Assembly: GCA_963734545.1 (NCBI GenBank)
Contig: CAVTHO010000003.1
Span: forward strand, 416,001-480,000
Length of the DNA stretch: 64,000 nucleotides
Source of the DNA: an uncultured Spirochaetota bacterium
GTDB taxonomy: Bacteria; Spirochaetota; Spirochaetia; SZUA-6; Fen-1364
Direction of reading: 5' to 3'
Positions 19,731 through 29,646 of this stretch are shown piece after piece. How positions within the stretch are numbered: position 1 is the stretch's first letter; every line of letters begins with the position of its first letter. Made by a program: the position numbers and the translations under genes. The notes under the pieces were generated by a model. That model did no database searches. It was given only the letters and a program-made list of their open reading frames with translations, and was not told the origin of the DNA.

Positions 19731-21136
19731 CACCGGGCACCCGGGGAGGCAGGGTCGAGTTCCTGCGAGAGATAGACCTGTTTGCAGAGCTCCCTGTCGA
19801 TGACCTGGAAAAGATATGCGGCATGCTGGAAGAGGTGAGGCTTCCGGCAGGAGCAGAGCTTTTTGCGCAGGGCAGCGCGGGAGACTCGGCCTATATCATC
19901 AGGCAGGGAGAGATCGAGATCACCCGGCTCTCCGACGGACGGCAGGTACCCCTCGCCGTGCGGCGCCGGGGCGAGGTGGTCGGGGAAATGGCCATCCTCG
20001 AGCGGACGCCCCGCATGGCGAGCGCCCGGGCCCTCTCGGACAGCGTGCTGCTTGCAATCGGGCGCGAGCAGATGGATCGGCTCCTCAGCTCGAGCTCCTC
20101 CGCGGCCAGGGTTCTCCTGGCCACGGTGACCGCCAGGCTGCGGGAGACCCAGGCTCTTCTCCAGCAAAGCGAGAAGATGGCCCAGCTCGGAGTCTTGACC
20201 GCGGGCCTGGCGCACGAGCTCAACAATCCATCCGCTGCCACGCTCCGGGGCGCCGCGCATCTCACACAGGCGGTGGAAACTCTCATCGGAGAATCCGCGG
20301 AGATCCAGCGGATGGGGATCACCGGGGACCGGGCTGATGACCTGGAGCGGCGCATTGTGGCCGCCCGTGAGAAGGCCTCCCGATCGGACAAGGTGGGAGC
20401 CATGGATCTGGGGGACCGGCAGGACCTCCTGGAACGATGGCTCGAGCAGAGGGGGATCACCGACGCCGGCACCGATGTCCCGGACCTTGCCGCGATGGGA
20501 TATGGCACCGCCGACCTTGAAGAATTGCTGCAGATCTACCCTTCTCCCGGATTCCGTCATGTCATCAGGCTGCTTTGCGCGGCCTACGTCGCGGAAACGC
20601 TTCTGAAGGAGATCGGGGCGGGTGCCCGGCAGGTTTCCGAGATTGTCAAAGCGTTGAAGAGCTACGTCTACCTCGACCAGGGTCCTGTCCAGGAGGTAGA
20701 CATCCATGAGGGCCTGGAGAACACGCTGATCATCCTGAGACACAAGCTGCAGCCGGGTATCACCGTGCGTCGGGAGCTCGCGCCCGATCTTCCCCGTGTT
20801 CCCGCGTTCGGCAGCGAGCTGAACCAGGTGTGGACAAACCTGATCGACAATGCGGCGGACGCCCTGAATGGAAAAGGGCAGATCATCCTCCGCACGTACG
20901 CGAAAGACGGACGCGTGCACGTCGAAGTGGAGGACAATGGTCCGGGAATCCCCGAGGATGCAAAGCCGCGGATGTTCACTCTCTTCTTTACGACAAAGCC
21001 GCTCGGCAAGGGCACCGGGCAGGGCTTGAATATCAGCTACGGGATCGTCCGCCGGCATGGGGGCACCATGGATTTCGAGAGCCGGCCGGGCAGGACCGTG
21101 TTCGCCGTGAAGCTGCCATTGAGCCCCGCGCCATGA
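19727..21136 (+). CDS. Cyclic-nucleotide-binding sensor histidine kinase
   Basis: cNMP domain (GEVVGEMAIL...PRMASARA), H-box AHELNNP, N-box NQVWTNLIDNA, G boxes DNGPGIP and FTTKPLGKGTGQGL. Confidence 0.92.
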   Translation: MTPGTRGGRVEFLREIDLFAELPVDDLEKICGMLEEVRLPAGAELFAQGSAGDSAYIIRQGEIEITRLSDGRQVPLAVRRRGEVVGEMAILERTPRMASARALSDSVLLAIGREQMDRLLSSSSSAARVLLATVTARLRETQALLQQSEKMAQLGVLTAGLAHELNNPSAATLRGAAHLTQAVETLIGESAEIQRMGITGDRADDLERRIVAAREKASRSDKVGAMDLGDRQDLLERWLEQRGITDAGTDVPDLAAMGYGTADLEELLQIYPSPGFRHVIRLLCAAYVAETLLKEIGAGARQVSEIVKALKSYVYLDQGPVQEVDIHEGLENTLIILRHKLQPGITVRRELAPDLPRVPAFGSELNQVWTNLIDNAADALNGKGQIILRTYAKDGRVHVEVEDNGPGIPEDAKPRMFTLFFTTKPLGKGTGQGLNISYGIVRRHGGTMDFESRPGRTVFAVKLPLSPAP

Positions 21137-24076
21137 CAGGCACTCTGCCCGGCGGGACGCTCACCTACCTGTTCACCGATGTCGAGGCGAGCACCGAGCT
21201 GTGGGAGCACGAGCCCGAAGCGATGCGGAGCGCGCTGGTCCGGCACGACGCTCTCATCGAGGCGGGGGTCGAAGGGCATCGGGGCTCCCTGGTGCGGCCC
21301 CGCGGGGAAGGGGACAGCCGGTTCGCCGTCTTCCCCCGGGCCACGGATGCGGTGACAGCCGCGTGCGCCATCCAGATTGCGCTGCACGTCGAGCCGTGGC
21401 GCACCTCCCGACCGGTTCGCGTGCGCATGGCGCTGCACACCGGGGAGTCCGACCTCCGCGACGGCGACTACTACGGGTCGGCCGTCAACCGCTGCGCGCG
21501 CCTCCGGGCCCTCGCGCATGGCGGCCAGATACTTCTTTCGGCCACGACGGCGCGGCTGGCCCAGGAAGGCATGACAGGGGAAGCGGGACTGCGCGACCTG
21601 GGACTGCATCACCTGAAAGACCTGCAGCAGCCCGAGCAGGTCTTCCAGCTCACCCACCCGGCGCTTCCGGTGGATTTCCCGGCGCTGCGGTCCCTGGAGA
21701 GTCTTCCCCACAACCTCCCCGTCCAGCTCACGAGCTTCATCGGCCGGGAGAAGGAGATGGCGGAAGTGAAGCGTCACCTGGCCGACGCGCGTCTTCTGAC
21801 CCTCACCGGATCGGGAGGCGCGGGAAAGACGCGGCTGGCCCTGCAAGTGGCGGCGGACGTGCTGGACTCGTACCCGGACGGGACCTGGCTCATCGAGCTG
21901 GCAAGCGTCACCGACGGCGCGCTCGTGCCCCAGGCGGTGGCATCAGCGCTGGGAGTGACGGAGACGCAGGGGAGCTCCGTCACTGCGACGCTCCTCACCT
22001 GGATCGCCGGAAAGAGACTCCTGCTTCTCCTGGACAACTGCGAGCACCTCATCCAACCCTGCGCGGAGCTGGTCGAAGCAATGCTTCGCGCGAGCGCGAA
22101 GCTCAGGATCCTGGTGACCAGCCGCGAGGCCCTTGCCATAAACGGGGAGACCGTCTGGCTCGTCCCGTCGCTCGCGCTGACTGACACGGCGAGCCTGGAG
22201 GCGCCGGGAGCGGATGTGAAGGCGCTCGTGGCGCAGAACGAGGCCGTCCGGCTGTTCATCGACAGGGCGGTCTCGGCCCAGCCCTCGTTCGTTCTGACGG
22301 AACGCAACGCAGCGGCCGTTGCGCAGATCTGCCGGAGGCTGGACGGCATTCCGCTGGCAATAGAGCTGGCCGCTGCGCGTGTGAAGGCCCTTTCCGCGGA
22401 ACAGATCAGCGCGCGGCTCGATGACCGATTCCGGTTTCTGACCGGCGGGAGCCGCACGGCGCTGCCGCGGCAGCAGACGCTGCAGGCCCTCATCGACTGG
22501 AGCCACAGCCTGCTTACGGATCCCGAACGGCTTCTGCTCAGGCGCCTGTCTGTTTTCCTGGGCGGCTGGACGCTTGCGGCGGCGGAAGCTGTCTGCGCGG
22601 GCGATGGCCTCGAAGAGAGCCAGGTTCTGGACCTGCTCAGCCAGCTCCTCAACAAGTCTCTCGTTGCGGTGGAGAACCTCGAAGGGGAGATCCGGTATCG
22701 GCTCCTGGAGACCATCAGGCAGTACGCCCGGGGCAAGCTCTTCGACTCGGGAGAGACGCCGCGCGTGGCAGACCGGCATCTCGACTACTTCCTGTCATTC
22801 GCGGAAGAGGCCGAGAAGCACCTTTCCGGCAGCGAGCAGGTGGCGTGGCTGAACAGGCTGCAGACCGAGCATGACAACATGCGGGCCGCGATCGAGTGGA
22901 GCCGGGCGGGCACGGCGGAGACAGCGGCAAGCCTGCGGCTGGTCGGGGCGCTCTGGCAGTTCTGGTACATCCGCGGCTTCATCAGCGAGGGACGCAGGCA
23001 CCTGCGGCAGGCGCTCGCGGAAAGCACCAATGCGCCCGCCGGCATGCGCGCCAGGGCTTTGACGGGCGCGAGCCTCCTGGCGCATGCGCAGGGAGACTAT
23101 GAGCGGGGACCGGTGCTGATCGACGAGAGCATCGCCCTGTCCCGGAAGTCCGGTGACAGGAAGGAGCTGATGGCTGCCCTGGGGGTGGCGAGCATCCTGG
23201 CCGAATACCGGGAGGAATACGAGCGGGGAAGGCAGATGCAGGAAGAAAGCCTCGTACTGGCGCGCGAGCTTGGGGACAAGGCCGGCATCGCTACGGTCGC
23301 TCGTGCGGCTCGGGAATCTCAAGCTGGTCGAACCGGGCGAGCACAGTCACGCGCGCGCGCTGATCGAGGAAGGCCGCGCCCTGTACGTGGAGCTGGAGCA
23401 CAAGTCCGGCATCGCGCTGTCGCTGCGTCTCCTTGCCGCCGCATATTCGATCGACAACGAGCTGGACCGGGCCACCGTTCTGCTTCAACAGGCCGTCACG
23501 CTGAGCAGGGAGCTGGGGGACAAGGGAGGTACCGGTTTCTGCACCCTCGGTCTCGCGATCATCGCAATAGGGCGCGGGGATGACGAGGAGGCCAGAAGGT
23601 TGTCCACGGAGGGCTACTCGCTCTACCACGACCTGGGAAACAAGTGGGGCACCGCGGGATCACAGGGTTTCCTCGCCTACCTGGCGGTGAGGAAGGCGGA
23701 CTACCGCAATGCAACGGCCCTGGCCAGACAGAGCCTGGCCATTTACCGTGAGCTCCGGGAGAAAACCGGCGCCCACTATGCCATGCTGACCCTCGCCATG
23801 GCAGCCGAGGCAGAAGGCAGCCCGGAGCGGGCCGTCCGGCTCATAGCGGCGTCTGATGAGCTGCGCGTGCGGCGTGTTCCCCCTGTCTGGTCGCTGCGGC
23901 CGTTCGCGTTCGACTACGAGGGCTACGAGTCGCGTCTTCGCGAAAAGCTCGGCGCGGAAGCCTACGGCCGTGCATGGGCGCTGGGACGCTCATGGACTCT
24001 TGCAGAGTCGATTGCCTATGCGCTGGAGGATAACTCCCCTTCGTCAACGCACGAGCGCATGAACCCGGCGGAATAG
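21133..24076 (+). CDS. Class III cyclase + STAND (NB-ARC-like) ATPase + TPR protein (frameshift near 23295)
   Basis: LFTDVEAST, GEGDSRFAVF and YYGSAVNRCARL cyclase motifs; Walker A GSGGAGKTRL; Walker B LLLLDNCEHL; DGIPLAIELAA; C-terminal TPRs. Confidence 0.88.
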
Positions 24077-24113
24077 CAGCGCACGCTCGATAGTAATTGA
24101 AGATTTCGATATA

Positions 24114-25865
24114 TTGAGACACGTGTCCGTGTATCAAGGAAAGAGAATCCGACTGGGGACACGCTCATCGCGCCTGGCCCTGTGGCAGGCGCAGAAGGTA
24201 GCGGCGCTTCTTCGCGGCCTCGGCGTCGAGTGTGACATTGTTCCGATCGAAACCCGCGGGGATGATATCCCCGACCGCCCGCTGCCGGAAATCGGCGGCG
24301 ACGGGGTCTTCACGGAGCGAATCGAACGCTCGCTGCGCTCGTCGGAGATCGATATTGCGGTGCACTCGCTCAAAGACCTGCCCGTGGAGGACCCGGACGA
24401 GCTGTGCGTGGGGGCCGTCCTCTGCCGGGAGGAAGTGCGGGAGGTCCTCGTCTCGCGGGGCGGGAAGAAGCTCTCGGAGCTGCCTGCCGGCTCGGTGCTC
24501 GGGTCCAGCAGCACGCGGCGGCAGGCCCAGCTTCTCACCCTGAGGCCGGACCTGGTCATTCGTCCCATCAGGGGGAACGTGGAGACCCGGATCAGGAAGG
24601 TGGAAGCAGGAGAATACGAGGCGACCCTGCTTGCCGGCGCGGGCATCATCCGTCTCGGGCTCACCTCGAAGGTCGCAGAGTGGCTGGAAATTTCCCGGAT
24701 CCTCCCGGCGCCCGGGCAGGGGGCCCTCGCGGTCCAATGCCGCACCGAGGACCGGTCCACGCGAAGCGTGCTCGCAGGGATCGACGAACCGGCCCTGCAC
24801 GCCGAGACGGACGCGGAGCGCGGGTTCCTGCGCGCCCTCGGGGGCGGGTGCTCGGCGCCGGTGGGTGCCTTCGCGCAGGTGCGGGGTCCCCGGCTTCGGC
24901 TTCGAGGCAGGATCTCCGCGCTGGACGGGAGCAGGTCCGTCGACGTGGAGGACGAAGGTGAGGACCATGCGGCGCTTGTGGCGGGGCTTGCCGCAAAGGC
25001 CCTGCGCGAAGGCGCCGCCGAGCTGATCGTCGCGGCAGGCAGGAGCCTCCCCGTCCTGCAGCCATCCTCCCTGAGCGGGAGGCGTGTCGTGGTTACCCGC
25101 GCGCGGGAGCAGGCGGACGATCTGTGCCGGAGGCTCGCGGCAGCGGGCGCCGTACCCCTGGCGGTCCCGATGATCCGGATCGCTCCCGAGGAGGATACGC
25201 GCGCGCTGGATGCGGCCATCGACAAGCTCGCATCCTACCGCTGGCTTGCTTTTGCGAGCGCCAACGGCGTGGAGTTTTTCATGAAAAGGCTCGCGGCCAT
25301 GCGGCCGGGAACCCGGTGGGCTGCCGGCGCGCCGCTCGTTGCCGCAGTGGGCCCCGGCACAGAGGCGGCGCTCACCCGTCATGGCGTCAAGGCCGACCTC
25401 GTGCCCGCGGTCAATACGGGGACGGCGCTCGCAAAGGCGATTCTCGACACCGCCCCTGAAGGGCTGGCCGGCGCAAGGCTGCTCATGCCGCGCGCGCGGG
25501 AAGGCCGGGAGGAAGCCGCCGCCCTCCTGCGACAGCACGGCGCGGTTGTGGACGATGTGCCGGCTTACCGGACGGATGCCTGCGCGCCCTCGGAAGAAGA
25601 GCTCGCGCTCCTGGGGCCGGGTGTGGACGCCATTCTTTTTGCCAGCAGCTCCGCGGTCAGCGCCTGGTGCGACCTGGCCCGCTCTGTCGACCAGCTCGCG
25701 GAGGCCGCGCGCGGGGCGGTAATCGCGTGCATCGGACCGGCGACCTCGTCCACTGCCCGGGACCGGGGCCTGCGTGTGGACGTGGAAGCGCCGATCCATA
25801 CCGCCGAGGGGCTCGTCACGGCACTCGAGCGTCATTTCGCGCGCGCGCATGGAGGGTCTCGATGA
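24114..25865 (+). CDS. hemC: Hydroxymethylbilane synthase / uroporphyrinogen-III synthase fusion
   Basis: GTRSSRLALWQ, AVHSLKDLP, RGNVETRI and LGGGCSAPVG (HemC), followed by VVVTRAREQA, FASANGV, AVGPGT and IACIGPAT (HemD). Confidence 0.93.
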   Translation: MRHVSVYQGKRIRLGTRSSRLALWQAQKVAALLRGLGVECDIVPIETRGDDIPDRPLPEIGGDGVFTERIERSLRSSEIDIAVHSLKDLPVEDPDELCVGAVLCREEVREVLVSRGGKKLSELPAGSVLGSSSTRRQAQLLTLRPDLVIRPIRGNVETRIRKVEAGEYEATLLAGAGIIRLGLTSKVAEWLEISRILPAPGQGALAVQCRTEDRSTRSVLAGIDEPALHAETDAERGFLRALGGGCSAPVGAFAQVRGPRLRLRGRISALDGSRSVDVEDEGEDHAALVAGLAAKALREGAAELIVAAGRSLPVLQPSSLSGRRVVVTRAREQADDLCRRLAAAGAVPLAVPMIRIAPEEDTRALDAAIDKLASYRWLAFASANGVEFFMKRLAAMRPGTRWAAGAPLVAAVGPGTEAALTRHGVKADLVPAVNTGTALAKAILDTAPEGLAGARLLMPRAREGREEAAALLRQHGAVVDDVPAYRTDACAPSEEELALLGPGVDAILFASSSAVSAWCDLARSVDQLAEAARGAVIACIGPATSSTARDRGLRVDVEAPIHTAEGLVTALERHFARAHGGSR

Positions 25866-26884
25866 GCCAGGGAGAAAAATCTTCCGCTGCGCGGCCGCGC
25901 CGGCTTCGCGCGCTTCCGGCAGTGCGGGGAATGGTTCGGGAAACCTCCCTCTCGCCGGGAGACCTGATCTACCCCCTGTTCGCCGTTCACGGCCGCGGAG
26001 TGCGAAACCCCGTTCAGGCCATGCCGGGGGTGTTTCAGCTCTCGGTGGAAAATCTTGCCGAGGAGGCCCGGGAGGCGGCGGGACTCGGAATACCCGCGGT
26101 CCTGCTTTTCGGCATCCCCTCGACAAAGGATCCCGGGGGGTCGGAGAGCTACGCAAGAGACGGCATTATTCCGCGCGCCGTCGCGGCGGTGAAGGACAAG
26201 TGCCCCGGTCTCGTCATCGTCACGGACGTGTGCATGTGCGAGTACACCGACCACGGCCACTGCGGCATTCTGAACACGGGGACCCCGCGCCCCGTGCCGG
26301 CCCTTCCGGAGGGCTTCCTGCTGAATGACGAGACTCTCGACGTCCTGCGGCGGATCTCCCTCTCTCACGCGGAAGCCGGCGCGGACATCGTGGCGCCCAG
26401 CGGCATGATCGACGGCATGGTGCGCGCCATCAGGGAGGGCCTCGATGCGGGAGGGTTCGGCCACCTCCCGATCATGTCATATGCCGTCAAGTACGCCTCC
26501 TCGTTCTACGGTCCGTTTCGCGAGGCGGCCGAGGGCGCGCCGAAGTTTGGCGACCGGCGCAGCCACCAGATGGACCCCGCGAACGCGCGCGAAGCGCTCC
26601 GCGAGGCCGCCCTCGATGTCGAGGAGGGCGCGGACTTCCTCATGGTGAAGCCTGCCCTCCCGTACCTCGACGTGGTCCGCCTGCTCCGCGACCGTTTCCC
26701 CGCGCACCCCCTCGTTGCCTACAACGTCAGCGGCGAATACGCGATGCTGAAAGCCGCGGCGGCGAACGGCTGGCTGGACGAGAAGGCCGCGGTGCAGGAG
26801 GCGCTCGTGGGAATGCGGCGGGCCGGCGCGGATCTCATCATCACGTATCATGCAAAGGAGGCAGCCCGATGGCTGACGGAATGA
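25862..26884 (+). CDS. hemB: Porphobilinogen synthase
   Basis: RPRRLR, DVCMCEYTDHGHCG, APSGMIDG, SSFYGPFREA, MVKPA, YNVSGEY. Confidence 0.97.
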   Translation: MSQGEKSSAARPRRLRALPAVRGMVRETSLSPGDLIYPLFAVHGRGVRNPVQAMPGVFQLSVENLAEEAREAAGLGIPAVLLFGIPSTKDPGGSESYARDGIIPRAVAAVKDKCPGLVIVTDVCMCEYTDHGHCGILNTGTPRPVPALPEGFLLNDETLDVLRRISLSHAEAGADIVAPSGMIDGMVRAIREGLDAGGFGHLPIMSYAVKYASSFYGPFREAAEGAPKFGDRRSHQMDPANAREALREAALDVEEGADFLMVKPALPYLDVVRLLRDRFPAHPLVAYNVSGEYAMLKAAAANGWLDEKAAVQEALVGMRRAGADLIITYHAKEAARWLTE

Positions 26885-27603
26885 AACAGGCCGAAGCGCC
26901 TGTCATCGACCTGAGGGAGAAAGGCCGGCCGATGAACGGCGAACCGCAGAGCCTGGATCGGCGGCTCTTTGTCCAGCTCCTCGTGTTCGACGGCTGCCGG
27001 GACAGCCGGCCGATTGCCGACCTGCTCGGCCGGCGCGGCGTCCAGGGGGTCCTGTACGAGGACTTGAACGATCCGACGGGCATTGGGCTTCTTGCCTATG
27101 ACGAGAATCCCGGCTACTTCCTGGAGACAGTTCGTCCCCTCGTGAACGGGGACGCCTTTTCAGGTCTGCGGTTCCGCGAGGAGCTCACCATGCTCGGCCG
27201 TACCTACTCCATGGGGTATGAGGCCGACCTCGAAGAGGCGCTCATCACGCGTCCGAGGACCAGGCTGTGCAGCCCCGAGCTTCCCTGGGCGGTCTGGTAT
27301 CCCCTTCGCCGGTCAGGGGCGTTCGAGGAGCTGCCGGAAAAGGATCAGCGCTCGGTGCTCTCCGAGCACGGCGCCATCGGCCACTCTTTCGGCAAGGCCG
27401 GGGTGGCGCACGATGTGCGTCTCGCCTGCCACGGCCTGTCAAAGGAGGACAACGATTTCGTCATCGGCCTCCTCGGCGCAGAGCTGCACGCGCTGTCCGC
27501 GGTTGTCCAGCGCATGCGCAAGACCCGGCAGACCTCCAGGTATCTCGTGAGGCTGGGCCCGTTCTTCGTGGGCCGCGTCCTGTGGCAGGCGCCGTCCGCA
27601 TGA
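26869..27603 (+). CDS. hemQ: Coproheme decarboxylase (chlorite dismutase superfamily)
   Basis: WYPLRR with the catalytic-type Tyr, EHG proximal His region, RLACHGL...DNDFVIGL, and position within the hem operon. Confidence 0.78.
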   Translation: MADGMKQAEAPVIDLREKGRPMNGEPQSLDRRLFVQLLVFDGCRDSRPIADLLGRRGVQGVLYEDLNDPTGIGLLAYDENPGYFLETVRPLVNGDAFSGLRFREELTMLGRTYSMGYEADLEEALITRPRTRLCSPELPWAVWYPLRRSGAFEELPEKDQRSVLSEHGAIGHSFGKAGVAHDVRLACHGLSKEDNDFVIGLLGAELHALSAVVQRMRKTRQTSRYLVRLGPFFVGRVLWQAPSA

Positions 27604-27634
27604 CTGACCCCGCCCGCATGACCGCGTCGCCCGC

Positions 27635-28705
27635 ATGACCGGCGTCGCGCAAGGGTCCCCCGGCACCTCTGCCTTCCTGAAGGCCTGCCGCCGCGAGACT
27701 GCACCGCACACGCCGGTCTGGCTCATGCGCCAGGCCGGGCGCTACCTCCCCGAGTACCGCGCGCTCCGAGAGCGCCACTCGATGCTGGAGATGCTGGCAA
27801 CGCCCGAGCTGGCCGTCGAGGCGACACTCCAGCCCCTGAAGCGCTTTCCCCTGGACGCGGCGATCATCTTCATGGACATCCTGCCGCCGCTCGCCGGCAT
27901 GGGGCTGCAGATCTCCTTCGGCGCCGGGGACCGGGAAGGCCCGCGTATCGGCAACCCGATCTCCCGCACGCGCGACATCGACATGCTGGCTGTCCCTCCC
28001 GCAGCGGAGACGCTGGGCGTGCACCTGCAGGCCATTGCAATGGCCTGCGCCGAGCTCACGTCCCGCGGAACCCCTCTCATTGGATTCAGCGGTGCGCCGT
28101 TCACGCTCGCCAGCTATGCCATCGAGGGGGCGGGGAGCAGGAACTACGCAAAGACGAAAGCGTTGATGTACGCCGAGCCCGCGGCATGGCGTCGGCTGAT
28201 GGTGAAGCTCGTCACTGTCCTCGGGGACTTTCTCATCGCGCAGGCGCGCGCCGGTGCCGCCGCGCTGCAGGTTTTCGACTCGTGGGCCGGGATCGCCCTC
28301 GGCAGGGATGACTATGTGCGCTACGTCCAGCCCTGGAACCGGCAGCTCTTCACCGCGGTGCGGTCGGCCGGTGTGCCTGTGATCAATTTCAGCACGGGAA
28401 CGGCAGCCTACATCGAAGAGGTGGCCGCATGCGGGGGAGAGGTTGTCGGCGTCGACTGGAGGATGCCGATCGACTGCTACCGCAGGAGGATCGGCCCCGA
28501 GCAGGCCATCCAGGGCAACCTGGATCCCGTGGCGCTTCTCGCTCCCTGGCGGGAGCTCGAGCCCCGGATCGGGGCGGTCCTCGCCTCAGCGGGCCGCACC
28601 GGGCACCTGTTCAACCTCGGCCATGGGATCCTTCCCGAGACGGAGCCCGACATCGTGGCCCGGCTGGTGGATCACGTGCATGCGTGGAAGGGAGCCGCTT
28701 CATGA
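27635..28705 (+). CDS. hemE: Uroporphyrinogen decarboxylase
   Basis: PVWLMRQAGRYLPEY, GAPFTLASY, QVFDSW, QGNLDP, FNLGHGI. Confidence 0.97.
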   Translation: MTGVAQGSPGTSAFLKACRRETAPHTPVWLMRQAGRYLPEYRALRERHSMLEMLATPELAVEATLQPLKRFPLDAAIIFMDILPPLAGMGLQISFGAGDREGPRIGNPISRTRDIDMLAVPPAAETLGVHLQAIAMACAELTSRGTPLIGFSGAPFTLASYAIEGAGSRNYAKTKALMYAEPAAWRRLMVKLVTVLGDFLIAQARAGAAALQVFDSWAGIALGRDDYVRYVQPWNRQLFTAVRSAGVPVINFSTGTAAYIEEVAACGGEVVGVDWRMPIDCYRRRIGPEQAIQGNLDPVALLAPWRELEPRIGAVLASAGRTGHLFNLGHGILPETEPDIVARLVDHVHAWKGAAS

Positions 28706-29646
28706 GCGCCCCCATCGGCGTCCTCCTCATGACGTACGGGGGCCCTGATACGCTGGACGACGTTCCCGGCTACCTCGCGGACATCCGCGCGGGCCGCGCG
28801 ACCTCCCGGGCCATCGTCGAAGAGATCGCGGAGCACTATCGCCGTATCGGGGGAAAGTCGCCTCTCCTCGCGCACAGCCTCCGCCAGCTTGCCGCGCTTT
28901 CCGTGCGGCTGGACTCTGCGCTCTATCGCTGCTACCTCGGCATGCGGCACTGGTCGCCGTGGATCGAAGAGGTGGTCGCTGCCATGGCTGAAGAGGGAAT
29001 CAGGCGCGCTGTCGGGATCGTCCTCGCTCCCCATTACAGCTCCATGAACACGGAGCGCTATTTCCAGAAGATCGCCCTTGGCCAGGAGCTGTACAGGACC
29101 TCGATCGAGTTTGCGTTCGTGAAAAGCTATCATGATTCGCCGCCGCTGCTGGATGCGCTTGCCCGCAGGGTGGCCGAAGGAATCGGCCGGTGGCCGGCCG
29201 GCGAACGCGCCGGCGTGCACGTGGTGTTCTGCGCTCACAGTCTCCCCTCGCGCCTCCTTGCCGAAGGTGATCCGTACGACACCCAGCTTCAGGAAACCGC
29301 CCGACAGGTCGCCCTGCGCGCCGGCCTGCCGCCCGAACGCTGGTCGTGGAGCTACATGTCCGCGGGGAAGAGCCCCGAACCGTGGCTGGGTCCTGACCTG
29401 CCGGACCATCTCACGGAGCTCACGCGGCGCGGCGTGCGGTCTGTCGTCTGTGTGCCCGTGGGATTCGTCGCCGACCACGTGGAGATCCTCTACGACGTCG
29501 ACATCGAGGCCCGGCAGAAGGCGGAGGAGCTCGGCATCCGCCTGGAGCGCCCGGCATCCCTGAATGATGACCCCCTGTTCATCGAGGCGCTCGCCGGCGC
29601 GGTGACTGCCCGGGCGCGCGAGGCGGGTTTCACCGGCAGTGGTTGA
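28702..29646 (+). CDS. hemH: Ferrochelatase (probably coproporphyrin ferrochelatase, CpfC type)
   Basis: GVLLMTYGGP, GGKSPL, GMRHWSP, AHSLP, PWLGPD, GFVADHVEILYDVD. Confidence 0.92.
   Translation: MSAPIGVLLMTYGGPDTLDDVPGYLADIRAGRATSRAIVEEIAEHYRRIGGKSPLLAHSLRQLAALSVRLDSALYRCYLGMRHWSPWIEEVVAAMAEEGIRRAVGIVLAPHYSSMNTERYFQKIALGQELYRTSIEFAFVKSYHDSPPLLDALARRVAEGIGRWPAGERAGVHVVFCAHSLPSRLLAEGDPYDTQLQETARQVALRAGLPPERWSWSYMSAGKSPEPWLGPDLPDHLTELTRRGVRSVVCVPVGFVADHVEILYDVDIEARQKAEELGIRLERPASLNDDPLFIEALAGAVTARAREAGFTGSG

Noticed and set aside
17200-21136. Bona fide Pycsar/CBASS defence operon
   Set aside because: The cNMP domain is fused to a histidine kinase rather than a TM or TIR effector, and the context is metabolic and signalling. 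Only the Arg specificity residue is kept as a lead.
24077-24120. AT-rich stretch before hemC as a Fur or FNR box
   Set aside because: No convincing match to GATAATGATAATCATTATC or TTGAT-N4-ATCAA; probably just the promoter.
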